From Octopus vulgaris (taxonomy: Eukaryota): a stretch of 64,000 nucleotides of DNA. A program made the position numbers and the translations under genes. This document shows positions 12,686-26,426 of this stretch, piece after piece (positions within the stretch are counted from its first letter, which is position 1; each line of letters starts with the position of its first letter). The notes beneath the pieces were generated by a model that did not search any database, had not been told where the DNA came from, and saw nothing but the letters and a program-made list of their open reading frames with translations. The stretch is from the NCBI GenBank assembly GCA_951406725.2, contig OX597816.1:4340001-4404000 (forward strand), written 5' to 3'.

Positions 12686-13094
12686 GATATAAGGACACAG
12701 GAAATGTGTCAAAGCCGACAGGAAGCGTCGATGCTGTCACGTTATGTTGACAGTATACAACCATTCTATTTATGTTTCATTCTAAAAAAAAGGCACAAAA
12801 TCATATATTTATAAAATGATAATATAAAAATATGAGACTTTCAACATTTTCCACGTTGAAGTAAAACAGGTTGCTTTAAAGTTTTGATTCTTTTTATCCC
12901 CTTTTATCAGCTGCGTTCGACAGATTTCTTCTCACGTCCAGTGAAAGTTTTATTGACAAATTTTACATCTGAAGAAATTATTTTCTTCTGTCAACAAAAA
13001 TATATTGACGTAAAAGCCGGATATTTTTTAGGTCATTTTATAATATTATAACAGAGTTTAGATGATCGAATCGTAAAATACTTGGTAACACCAA

Positions 13095-13499
13095 GCAGGT
13101 ATGTGGATGTGTGGTCAAGAAGCTTCTTTGCAATCACGAGCTTTCGGGTTCAGTCCGACTGTACGGCACCTTGGGTAAGTGTCTTATATTATTACTCCAG
13201 GTCGACCAATGACTTATATGTGAACTTGGTAGATTGAAATTGTATATATATATATGTGTGTGTATGCATGCAGGTATGTATATATATATGTGTGTGTGTG
13301 TATGTATGAATAAATATATATAAGTATGTATATATATATATATTATATATATATATATATTATATAGAAATTGGGATACTTGATAATTATAACCCTGTAT
13401 ACCGTTTGGTGTGGTTGATAATGAAATAAATAAACATGATATCAGTATATGTTCGGGCCTTATTAGACAGATTTATAACAATGCATATATATGTATATA

Positions 13500-13535
<36 letters not shown>

Positions 13536-13953
13536 ATATATATACATATATGTGTGTATACATATACATATGTATATATATGTATGTATGTATATATATA
13601 TATATATATACATATATATATAAATATATATATACATATATGTGTATATACACACACACACACACACACGCGCGTATATATATATATATATATATACTTC
13701 TAATATAGGATAAAAGTTTCTTCCAAAAAATTCCATCAAAGTTGCCAGCATATTAGAATACCTTTAAAGGTGAAAATTTTAAACAATTATAAACAAAGGC
13801 AAAAGAATAGAAAAAATTTCTATGCCAACATGCTGAGAATAGACTTTAAATCCTGTATTCATAGTGAATGTATATTGTAATGTGGTGATTTGTGATTTAA
13901 AGTCTACTCTGAGCATATTGACATAGGAAACTTTTTTCTTTTGCCCTTGTTTA

Positions 13954-14005
<52 letters not shown>

Positions 14006-14180
14006 GTCTGTCTTTGTGTTTGTATTTGCCCACCACAACTATTTAATAACCGGTATTGGTTTGTTTGCATTTCCGTAAACTAGCGGTTCAGTTAGAGAGA
14101 CCGATAGAATCAGTATCAAGCTTAAAATCAATACTCCAGTCCAGCATGGTCGCAGTCCAATGAATGAAACAAGTAAATGA
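13095..14180 (+). mobile_element. Diverged SINE family B split by TA-rich inserts
   Basis: Head at about 13095-13245, tail at about 14000-14180. Confidence 0.65.
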
Positions 14181-14303
14181 GAAAAGATAACTAACCCACG
14201 TAAAGACGGTTCGTTTTCAAACACCAGAACTGGGTTATCTCCCTTGATAAACCTCTCTAGCTATGGAGTCCAGTCTTTTATTTAATAAACTTTTATTTAA
14301 TAA

Positions 14304-14718
14304 AGGCGGCGAGCTGGCAGACTCGTCAGCACGCCGGGCGAAATGCGTAGCCGCATTTCGGCTGCCGTTACGTTCTGAGTTCAAATTCCGACGAGGTCGA
14401 CTTTACCTTTCATCCTTTCGGGGTCGATTAAATAAGTACCAGTTACGCACTGGGGTCGATATAATCGACTTAATCCGTTTGTCTGTACTTGTTTGTCCTC
14501 TCTGTGTTTAGCCCCTTGTGGGTAGTAAAGAAATAGGTATTTCGTCTGCCGTTACTTTCTAGTTCAAATTCCGCCGAGGTCGACTTTGCCTTTCATCCTT
14601 TCGGGGTCAATTAAATAAGTAGCAGTTACGCACTGAGGTCGATATAATCGATTTAATCCGTTTGTCTGCCCTTGTTTGTCCCCTCTATGTTTAGCCCCTT
14701 GAGGGCAGTAAAGAAATA
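14304..14718 (+). mobile_element. SINE family A, one head plus two tandem bodies
   Basis: GGCGGCGAGCTGGCAGA head; body repeated with junction AAAGAAATAGGTATTTCGTCTGCCG. Confidence 0.92.
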
Positions 14719-14735
14719 TAAAGAAATATATTTAA

Positions 14736-15131
14736 CTAACAGTATCGCCCGGCGTTGCTCGGGTTTGTAAGGGAAATAACTATATAAGCATTTTTAGAGA
14801 TGTAAAGTATAATAGCCATCTCAATATGGCTAACCACAAAGGGGGGGGGTGTTACTGTAGCTTTTTACGTTCTGAGATTTAATAATAAATTTTTAGAGTT
14901 ACTTCACTTATATATGCCAAAAATGCATTAAAAATGGGAAAAATTGATGGTAAACTTCTTTTTAAATCGTAGACACATCGTAGACGCGCGCTAATACCCA
15001 GAAGGGCTCGATATGAATCACGACTATAAGATACCCCGTTTTGGTTACACTGCACCGCAAAATGTGGGAGTAGTTAGGAATCTAAATCGTAGGAGACAGA
15101 CAGCACACAGCCTCTCTTTTATATATAAAGA
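14736..15131 (-). mobile_element. Non-autonomous Helitron, copy 1 of 3
   Basis: Minus strand starts TCTTTATATATAAAAG and ends with hairpin CCCGAGCAACGCCGGG followed by TTAG (CTAG in the other copies); inserted between A and T; homologous to 60561 and 63512. Confidence 0.8.
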
Positions 15132-15645
15132 TAATCTGCAAGAACCGTTAGCGTTCTGGAACTGACTAAGAATTCTCGCAGAATTGAGCTTAACATTTGT
15201 TAAACTTTGTTTGCACGAGAGGTCACCCGAGTTCCCCATTAATCAAAGGAGCTCGGTTAGCGTCATAGCCGCCGCCGCCACCGTCGTCGTCGTAGTCGTC
15301 GTTGTTGTTTTGGCTGCGTAGTGGACCATATATATTGTCTTTGCTTGAGTAGGCCCATGGGGGGAAAAAAACGAAAAGAGATCAGAATATAAAAGATGTT
15401 TCATCGACAGTTGAACCATGATCATAGAACGGTGTCGTCATGAAAGAGAAGAGTGCGTTTGTTGGAGCAGGTTGCTCTGTTGCTGCTGCTGCTGCTACTG
15501 CTGCTGCTGCTACTGCTGCTGCTACATTACATGAGATTACAAACTGAAGATGGTTCAACGTCGCATGTAAGAGGAACATCAGAATTAACAGAAGGAAAGA
15601 GGAAAGCATGTTTTTTTCTCTTATTGCACTTTACAAATTTCTGTT

Positions 15646-16400
15646 CACCACCACCACCACCACCACCACCACCACCACCACAACTACCACCACCACCACA
15701 ACCACAACTACCACCACCACCACAACCACCACCACCGCCTCAACCACCACCACCACCACTTCAACCACCACCACCAATATAAACATTCTCACTACCATCA
15801 AAAACACCACAACCACCACCAAGAACAACAATAGCAACAACAAAATCATCATCCTCATTATCATCATCATCATCATCATCATCACTCCACCACCACCACA
15901 ACCACCCGTCACCACCGCCATCATCATCATCATCATCATAACGACCATCACTCCACCACTACCACCACCACAACCACCCGTCACCATCGCCATCGTCATC
16001 ATCATCGTCATCACTCCACCACCACCACAACCACCCGTCACCACCGCCATCATCATCATCATCATCATAACGACCATCACTCCACCACCGCCACCACCAC
16101 AACCACCCATCACCAGCGCCATCATTATCATCATCATCATCATCACTCCACCACCACTACCACCACCACAACCACCCGTCACCATCGCCATCGTCATCAT
16201 CATAACGACCATCACTCCCCCACCACCACAACCACCCGTCACCATCGCCATCGTCATCATCATAACGACCATCACTCCCCCACCACCACAACCACCCGTC
16301 ACCATCGCCATCGTCATCATCATAACGACCATCACTCCTCCACCACCACAACCACCACCCGCCACCACCGCCATCGTCATCCTCATCCTTGTCATCATTG
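15646..16400. repeat. (ACC)n/(ATC)n-derived minisatellite with a unit of about 60 bp
   Basis: Unit ACCATCACTCCCCCACCACCACAACCACCCGTCACCATCGCCATCGTCATCATCATAACG, with exact 60-bp periodicity at 16150-16350. Confidence 0.9.
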
Positions 16401-16681
16401 CAATCATTTTCTTTCCTTCTTTTTCTTCCTCACCATCCCCACCGTCATCTCTTACATCGCCGACATTATCAGCATCTCCATCACTTTTGGTAGAAAAACC
16501 ATTAAATCTGTCACCTTTTTTTTTTTTTTTTAATTCCGAAATCTTTTTGATAAATTCTTCCAGATGATAATAAAATTTTGAATCATTTTCACCATAAATT
16601 TTCTCCTTTGTTGCATTTTTTTTTCTAGTTCTGTGCGAAAGTTTGAAAATTGTCGAGAAAAAAAAAATCATTGCTGCCAAA

Positions 16682-17100
16682 GGCGCAGGAGTGGCTGTGT
16701 GGTAAGTAGCTCGCTAACCAACCACATGGTTCCGGGTTCAGTCCCACTGCGTGGCACCTTGGGCAAGTGTCTTCTGCTATAGCCCCGGGCCGACCAAAGC
16801 CTTCAGAGTGGATTTGGTAGACGGAAACTGAAAGAAGCCTGTCGTATATATGTATATATATATATATATATGTATGTGTGTATGTGTGTGTTTGTGTGTC
16901 TGTGTTTGTCCCCCTAGCATTGCTTGACAACCGATGCTGGTGTGTTTACGTCCCCGTCACCTAGCGGTTCGGCAAAAGAGACCGATAGAATAAGTACTAG
17001 GCTTACAAAAGAATAAGTCCCGGGGTCGATTTGCTCGATTAAAGGCGGTGCTCCAGCATGGCCGCAGTCAAACGACTGAAACAAGTAAAAGAGAAAAGAG
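16682..17100 (+). mobile_element. SINE family B, full length
   Basis: Near-identical to the 11757 and 46937 copies. Confidence 0.93.
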
Positions 17101-17253
17101 TATTATATTTTATCGTTCTACAATTATAATATTTAGTCAATGTTTATGTAACAAAACATTGGCGTCTTAAATAACTGATCGTATTTAGTTTGTACTAAAC
17201 AAAATTTGATGCCGTCTATAGTTTGTACTACAACAAAATTCGATGCCGTCTAT

Positions 17254-19847
17254 TGCAAGCTGAGCCTATCTGAGTTTTGCCTGCCGTGTTGGCTGTCTAC
17301 AGGCCGCCTCTTGCCGACCCCCAGGACGATGCTCATTTACTCGAAGCGATAAGATTCGTTTCAGCTTCGCATGACTGTTTGGTACTAGGAGACTTCAAAG
17401 CTCCCACGATCGATTGGCCCGCATCAATTTGTACAACATCTTCCCGGTTCGGCCAGGCCCTTCTTGACGTGGCTGAAGATTGTTTTCTATCGCAACATGT
17501 TGAATATCCGACAAGGCATCGGTCTGGGCAGCAGCCATCTATGCTAGATCTGGTATTCTCCCGCTATCCAAGATCAGTGTCAGACGTATATGTGTGCGCC
17601 CCTCTTGCCAAGAGTGATCATGCGGTCCTGAAGTTCGTCATGCACACAACTTTTTCTGCTCCCACGACTACTTCGCTGCCACGTAGAGTCTTCTCTGCAA
17701 TTAATCTTGAAATTCTAACCGAGGCTTCCGCGCTTCTGGACTGGCGATCCCTGATGACGTTGTCCTCAGTTGACGAACTATGGTCATCCCTCAAAGCATA
17801 TGTAATCTGTTTGACTGACCAGGCAGTTCCCGTTGGGCTTCCCAAGAGGAAGAAATACAAGCCCTGGGTGACGAAGAGGGTTAAACGAGAACGTCGACTC
17901 AGAGATATTGCTTGGGCTGAATTCAAAAATCTGGATTCGACTGCAGCTTTTGAGGTGTACAAAACACAACGAGACCGAGCCGTGAAAATCGAAAAGAAAG
18001 AACGCTTCAGTTATGAATACAAAATCGCGGCAAATGCCAGTAGCAATCCAAAAACCTTCTTTGCCCATGTCCAGCGGAATTCCCGCTTGAACAACCAGAT
18101 TGCAACGTTGGTAGACTCAACAGGCGTATCGATTGAGGACCCTTATCAACAGAGTCAATTATTTGCCGAGGCTTTTTCAACTATTTTCAAACAAGATGAT
18201 GGTCGTGAACCCCCTCCATTTGATAGATCGGTACCTCCAATGCTTCGATTGGTCATCACGCGGGACGAAGTCAAACGTGTTATTCAAGGCCTCGATGTCA
18301 ACAAGGGTCACGGCCCTGACGGCATACACCCACGGGTTATCAAAGCGTTGGCTCCGGTCATCTGCGAGCCCTTAACGCGACTATTCAATATGTCATTGGC
18401 GACGGGTGTTATACCTGCAGACTGGAGAACAGCGATAATCTGCCCAATTTTCAAAAAAGGGAGCCGCGAAGACCCGCTTAACTACTTACCGGTTTCCCTT
18501 ACATCAATAATCAACAAGATGTTCGAAACTATCCTTAAGAAAAGTATGATGCTCCACCTCCTAAACACAGCCTCTATCTCTGATTCCCAACACGGCTTCG
18601 TGCCGAAGAGATCATGCTTGACCAACTTACTAGTAATGGAAGAATTGGTGACGCGCATCCTCGATGATAGTGATGCTGTTGACATCGTTTTACTGGACTT
18701 TGCCAAAGCTTTTGACTCGGTAAACCACCGCCTATTACTTGTCAAGCTTCAAGCATATAGTTTCCATCCGGATATTGTACGATGGGTTGGTGCCTTCCTC
18801 TCAGATCGCTCCTTCCAAGTCCAAGTTAATGGTTCGCGGTCCGACGTCTCCAGTGCGAGCAGTGGCGTGCCTCAAGGTTCAGTGCTTGGACCCTTGTTGT
18901 TCTTAGTCTTCATAAATGACTTGCCCGACGACCTCACGCAACACACCCTTCTATTTGCCGACGATATCAAACTGGTCGCTCCTCGCGGTAATATAGAGGA
19001 TCTTCGTCGATGCCTCCACCAAATTTGGAAGTGGTCTAACGATTGGGACCTGTGTCTGAACGTGTCAAAGTGCTGTCATCTGCCTGTCGGCTCTACTCCT
19101 GCAACTCAACTTGATTTCGAGCCGGGTCGTCTGCTGCTGGAGAGGACCGATCAGGTAAAGGACCTAGGTATCTTGGTGGATTCCTCCTTTTCGCCTTCGG
19201 CCCAGTGCGTCCATGCTGCCAACAAAGCACGCGGAATTCTGTTCTTGATTCGACGGTCATTCGGAATGCTCACAGCAGCCATATTCCTACCACTCTATGT
19301 CACGCTGGTGAGACCCATATTGAAGTATGGGATTCAAGCCTCTTCTCCTTATCTCCTCAAAGACATACAGCATCTCGAAAGAGTCCAGAAGCTGGCTACC
19401 CGCATGGTTCATGGTCTCAAAAATTTGTCCTACGAAGAAAGGCTGAGGACGCTCGACCTTTATTCTCTTGAAAAACGCCGCCGCCGTAGTGATCTCATTC
19501 TCGCCCACAACATCATAAGCGGAAAGTGTAACCTCTCGAAAGAGCTGTTCTTCACTCCTGCTCCAGAGCGTCGGCTGCGGGGTCATTCCGAAAAGCTCTA
19601 CCTGCGACGATTTCATCTCAATCGAAGGAGAGGAGCTTTCTACGTCCGGGTTGCGGATCCGTGGAACAAGCTGCCAGACGAGATGGTAAAGATGCCGACG
19701 ACCGCTTTGTTCAAAGCCTCCCTGGACCTCAAGTGGCCTGAACTCTTTACATGAACACCACCCTGTACTTAACTCCATGTCCCCCTACATGGCCTTGCTA
19801 TTTGTTTTTGAGCCAAATTAACTAACTAACTAACTAACTAACTAACT
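17254..19847 (+). mobile_element. CR1-clade LINE, 5'-truncated and young
   Basis: APE+RT ORF, short 3'UTR, (TAAC)n tail; candidate target-site duplication TCTAT (17249-17253 and 19848-19852). Confidence 0.93.
17277..19754 (+). CDS. LINE ORF2 (partial AP endonuclease plus reverse transcriptase), 825 codons; the TTG start is an artefact of truncation
   Basis: VYRPP, LGDF.AP.IDW, LDLVF, SDH (APE); GPDGIHP, QHGF, DFAKAFDSVNH, GVPQGSVLGPLLF, LFADD, KDLGI (RT); RGH..KL...WNKLP (CR1-type C-terminus). Confidence 0.9.
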   Translation: MPAVLAVYRPPLADPQDDAHLLEAIRFVSASHDCLVLGDFKAPTIDWPASICTTSSRFGQALLDVAEDCFLSQHVEYPTRHRSGQQPSMLDLVFSRYPRSVSDVYVCAPLAKSDHAVLKFVMHTTFSAPTTTSLPRRVFSAINLEILTEASALLDWRSLMTLSSVDELWSSLKAYVICLTDQAVPVGLPKRKKYKPWVTKRVKRERRLRDIAWAEFKNLDSTAAFEVYKTQRDRAVKIEKKERFSYEYKIAANASSNPKTFFAHVQRNSRLNNQIATLVDSTGVSIEDPYQQSQLFAEAFSTIFKQDDGREPPPFDRSVPPMLRLVITRDEVKRVIQGLDVNKGHGPDGIHPRVIKALAPVICEPLTRLFNMSLATGVIPADWRTAIICPIFKKGSREDPLNYLPVSLTSIINKMFETILKKSMMLHLLNTASISDSQHGFVPKRSCLTNLLVMEELVTRILDDSDAVDIVLLDFAKAFDSVNHRLLLVKLQAYSFHPDIVRWVGAFLSDRSFQVQVNGSRSDVSSASSGVPQGSVLGPLLFLVFINDLPDDLTQHTLLFADDIKLVAPRGNIEDLRRCLHQIWKWSNDWDLCLNVSKCCHLPVGSTPATQLDFEPGRLLLERTDQVKDLGILVDSSFSPSAQCVHAANKARGILFLIRRSFGMLTAAIFLPLYVTLVRPILKYGIQASSPYLLKDIQHLERVQKLATRMVHGLKNLSYEERLRTLDLYSLEKRRRRSDLILAHNIISGKCNLSKELFFTPAPERRLRGHSEKLYLRRFHLNRRRGAFYVRVADPWNKLPDEMVKMPTTALFKASLDLKWPELFT

Positions 19848-19894
19848 TCTATAGACGCATTTATGTCTCCATTCAACATGGAGGAGATGTTGTG

Positions 19895-20400
19895 ACACCC
19901 TTCGGTCATGAATGACTTTGGGATTGAACTTAGGTTGTTACCCTCCGAGGCACAAGTCCGGGCAAGGTTGTTTATGGAAGACCAGCAGTCGCCCACGCAT
20001 ACCAGCCTCCTCTCTCCACGCCACCGATGTTATCCAAGGGAAAGGCAAAGAGGCCGATACAGCTTGGCACCTGTGACGTCGCGGCTCGTTTATCAACGTG
20101 CAAGTGGCTGAGCACTCCACAGACACGTGTACCCGTAACATAGTTCTCGGGGCGATTCAGCGTGACACAGAGTGTGACAAGGCTGGCCCTTTGAAATACA
20201 GGTACAACAGAAACAGGAAGAAAGAATGAGAAAGTTATGGTGAAAGAGTACAGCAGGGTTCACCACAACCCCCTGCCGGAGCCTCGTGGAGCTTTAGGTG
20301 TTTTTGCTCAATAAATACTCACAATGCCCGGTCTGGGAATTGGAAGCGTGATCCTACGACCGCGAGTCCGCTGCCCTAACCACCGGGTCATTGCGCCTCC
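19895..20400 (-). mobile_element. SINE family C head and body joined to a different 3' module
   Basis: 20095-20400 matches the 23137-23521 copy; 19895-20095 is unrelated to that copy's tail. Confidence 0.75.
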
Positions 20401-20413
20401 ATACATGGAGAAG

Positions 20414-20488
<75 letters not shown>

Positions 20489-20489
20489 G

Positions 20490-22440
<1,951 letters not shown>

Positions 22441-23136
22441 CACCTAGTGTATGTCTGATCTTTTTTTTTTATAAATATTGATGCAGGACATATCCCTACA
22501 CATCCTGGACCCATTGGGCCGTTGATTAATTTCCTTTTTTGTGAGGCATAGTAAACGGGTGCTAAATTCCCAGCACTAACAACTCTGTTAAAGTAGGTTT
22601 TAACCAACAAAAGCAAAACTAAAGTAACACTCATCATTCTGTCTTGCGTTCGTCTAAATATGATTTCCAATCTTATCTAATTAAAATGAATCAAATTAAT
22701 TAATTATAGAATAATTGTTGTGAAGCGCGTGGTCTTTACTATGGATACACTGCAACACATGTGACCAGACACGGAACCAGTCGATATACCGTAAATGGTT
22801 GTTGTTCTTGATTAAATATTTTTCAGCTCTGACACAGCAACTCACGGATCATAGACATTCCGGTCGTGACCAATGCATCATCTTTCTGGATGATAATCTA
22901 TGCAGGTTATTATTCAATGTAGATTTTGCTTTCGTTTTTAAAGATGACAGAGGGATGTTTGAGGGATAATTGCTTTTACAGCATCAAGTAACGCTCAGTT
23001 GACTGATCCCCTTTCAACTGTGATATCAGCTCATAGAAGTACAAACCAAACATCCATTCCAACGTCCTCAACCGTGGAGAACAACCTGCAAACATTGAGG
23101 ACACCCTCGTTCTCTTTTGACTCAATAATAATGGAT

Positions 23137-23521
23137 GGAAGCACTCCGTCGGTTACGACGACGAGGGTTCCGGTTGATCCGAATCAACGGAACAGCCTGC
23201 TCGTGAAATTAACGTGTGAGTAGCTGAGCACTCCACAGACACGTGTACCCTTAACGTAGTTCTCGGGGATATTCAGCGTGACACAGAGAGAGTGACAAGG
23301 CCGACCCTTTGAAATACAGGTACAACAGAAACTGGAAGTAAGAGTGAGTAAAGTTGTGGTGAAAGAGTACAGCAGGGATCACCACCATCCCCTGCCGGAG
23401 CCTCGTGGAGCTTTAGGTGTTTTCGCTCAATAAACACTCACAACGCCCGGTCTGGGAATCGAAACCGCGATCCTATGACCGCGAGTCCGCTGCCCTAACC
23501 ACTGGGCCATTGCGCCTCCAC
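23137..23521 (-). mobile_element. SINE family C, full length
   Basis: tRNA-like head GGAGGCGCAATGGCCCAGTGGTTAGGGCAGCGGACTCGCGGTC...GGTTTCGATTCC; set in an AATAATAAT target repeated on both sides. Confidence 0.9.
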
Positions 23522-23849
23522 CAATAATAATATAAACACAGCATTTAATATGCACGGTAACCCTGCAAACATACTCTTCACAAAGTACATCTATGGTTAA
23601 TGACCCTAGGGGAGAACAACCAAATCTAGGTTGCTATACACACATATAGAATTTGGAAGCCGTCTTTGTTAGATTGTCTCACCAAACCTTCTTCAGTTTT
23701 TTAGTGCTCCTGCTGTTTGTACTAGTGTAGTATTCACCCTTGATGCACCAATTTAAAGCAAAGTACACTAGGTCACTGAGAATTACGTGTCCGAACTACT
23801 GACAGATATAGGTCTACTCATTACCACAACCAGACTACTTGCTACATCC

Positions 23850-24475
<626 letters not shown>

Positions 24476-25019
24476 GAATGGTTTGTCAACGACAAATTGT
24501 GATGGTCATATTTGATATTTCTGATTTAAATATTTTATTATGTCGCAGACGATGAACGAAAGAAAAAAGCAGAAATAAAAACGATGAGAAATGAAAAAAG
24601 AGAAGGAAAAAAGAAACGACCACACTCTGGCATTATCTTTTATTATTATTTATTGATGAAGTAATTTGGTAATGATGGCAGTAGACAAGTGAGAAGTTAT
24701 CGATTCATTGCAGTTGACTCATAGAATTCCTGCTTTCCTCAAATGTATTATGTTTCTAACACCTGCTAAGTGAAGATAACCAGATTTCCTCTCTTGATCT
24801 GCTTTATTCCTCTTCGAACATTTGGAACCTTTTTTTGTTTTTTTGTTTTATTCATTTTATTCACAGAATCTCTGGATTATTTATGTTGGCAGAATTAAGT
24901 GTCTAGGGTTCAACTGCGTCAATGATATCAAACAGTACATGTGGTCTGTCACTTTGTCTATCATTTCGCGACATTTTTGCCAAAGATACCACACACCCAC
25001 ACACACACACACACAAGAC

Positions 25020-25288
25020 AGAGTGATTTCGATATTGCACTCGCGATCGCTAGTACGTGGGTTCGATTTCTGGGCCGAGCGGCGCGTTGTGTTCCTGAGC
25101 AAAACACTTCATTTCACATTGCTCCAGTCCACTCGGTTGTAAACGGGTCACAGAATCCGATCAGCGGGAATGTTGGTCTGCTTACCTAGGCAACAGGATG
25201 GCATAATTCAAAAGGTGAAACAATGTAAAGCGCATTGTGACCAGCGATGCAGCACAACATCCGATGATCTGGTCGATCACGTGATCAG

Positions 25289-25290
<2 letters not shown>
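25020..25290 (+). mobile_element. Diverged tRNA-headed SINE (another subfamily)
   Basis: GGGTTCGATTTC B-box, TGTGTTCCTGAGCAAAACACTT CORE-like motif, and TTGCTCCAGTCCACTC shared with the 7070 copy. Confidence 0.6.
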
Positions 25291-25359
<69 letters not shown>

Positions 25360-25530
25360 AGGCGTAAGCGTGGCTGTATGGAAAGAAGCTTGCTTCCCAA
25401 CCACATGCTTCCGGGTTCAGTCCCTCTGCGTGGTACCTTAGGCAAGTGTCTTCTACTATAACCCCGGGCCGAGCAAAGCCTTGTGACTCAATTTGGTAGA
25501 CGGAAACTGAAAGAAACCCGTTGTATATAT
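25360..25530 (+). mobile_element. SINE family B, head half
   Basis: Matches the family B 5' part. Confidence 0.85.
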
Positions 25531-25784
25531 ATACCTGACATGTATTCATTCCTTTTCAGCAGAATATTGGCGTAAACACTGCCATATTACATCACCGATT
25601 TAAGAGTAAGGTTTGCGAAGCATCCGTGAAAATTGTTATTTTTCCTCAGTTTCCCTCCGTCGCCTTCCTCTCCCTCTCCCTCTTTCTCTCTCTCTCTCTC
25701 TCTCCCAGAAACACACATGCACATACACACATACAAACATAAAGCAGTGCCTCTAACCACGCATGATTTGCCTGCTGACTCAAA

Positions 25785-26426
25785 CCAATGATCCAACGAC
25801 TATCGCGGGTGTCACGTTCCCAATCCCTCTCCGATAGGTGAAAATTCGCGAAGCAGAAACAGTTCCGTATATTTTTTTAAATTATTCTTATACTCTCTTT
25901 TACTCTTTTACTTGTTTCAGTCATTTGACTGCGGCCATGCTGGAGCACCGCCTTTAGTCGAGCAAATCGACCCCGGGACTTATTCTTTGTAAGCCCAGTA
26001 CTTATTCTATCGGTCTTTTTTGCCGAATCGCTAAGTGAGGGGGACGTAAACACACCAGCATCGGTTGTCAAGCAATGCTAGGGGGACAAACATAGACACA
26101 CAAACACATACACACACACTTATATATATATATATATACATATATACGACAGGCTTCTTTTCAGTTTCCGTCTACCAAATCCACTCACAAGGCATTGGTC
26201 GGCCCGGAGCTATAGCAGAAGACACTTGTCCAAGATGCCACGCAGTGGGACTGAACCCGGAACCGTGTGTTTGGTAAGCAAGCTACTTACCACATAGCCA
26301 CTACAAATATATAATTTGTATATATTTATTTTATTATAAATGCAAAGCACAACACCACGGAGGAATCGACGTAAGCATAAATAATAAACCGCGATAGGAG
26401 AACCGCGATATGGCGTGGGTTTACTA
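25785..26426. mobile_element. Probable pogo/Tigger-type MITE interrupted by a SINE B
   Basis: Left ..GATCCAACGACTATCGCGGGTG and right AACCGCGATATGGCGTGGGTTTACTA are degenerate inverted CAGT..CCCTCG..TATCGCGG-type ends. Confidence 0.5.
25895..26302 (-). mobile_element. SINE family B, near full length
   Basis: Reverse complement of family B. Confidence 0.92.

Noticed and set aside
15631-16680. 349-aa Met/Gly-rich ORF as a reflectin-like or structural protein
   Set aside because: It lacks the reflectin M/FD(X)5MD(X)5MD repeat and Tyr/Arg/Trp richness; explained by the ACC/ATC minisatellite
23445-23521. tRNA gene
   Set aside because: The A/B boxes continue straight into a SINE body found in several copies, and there is no clean acceptor stem
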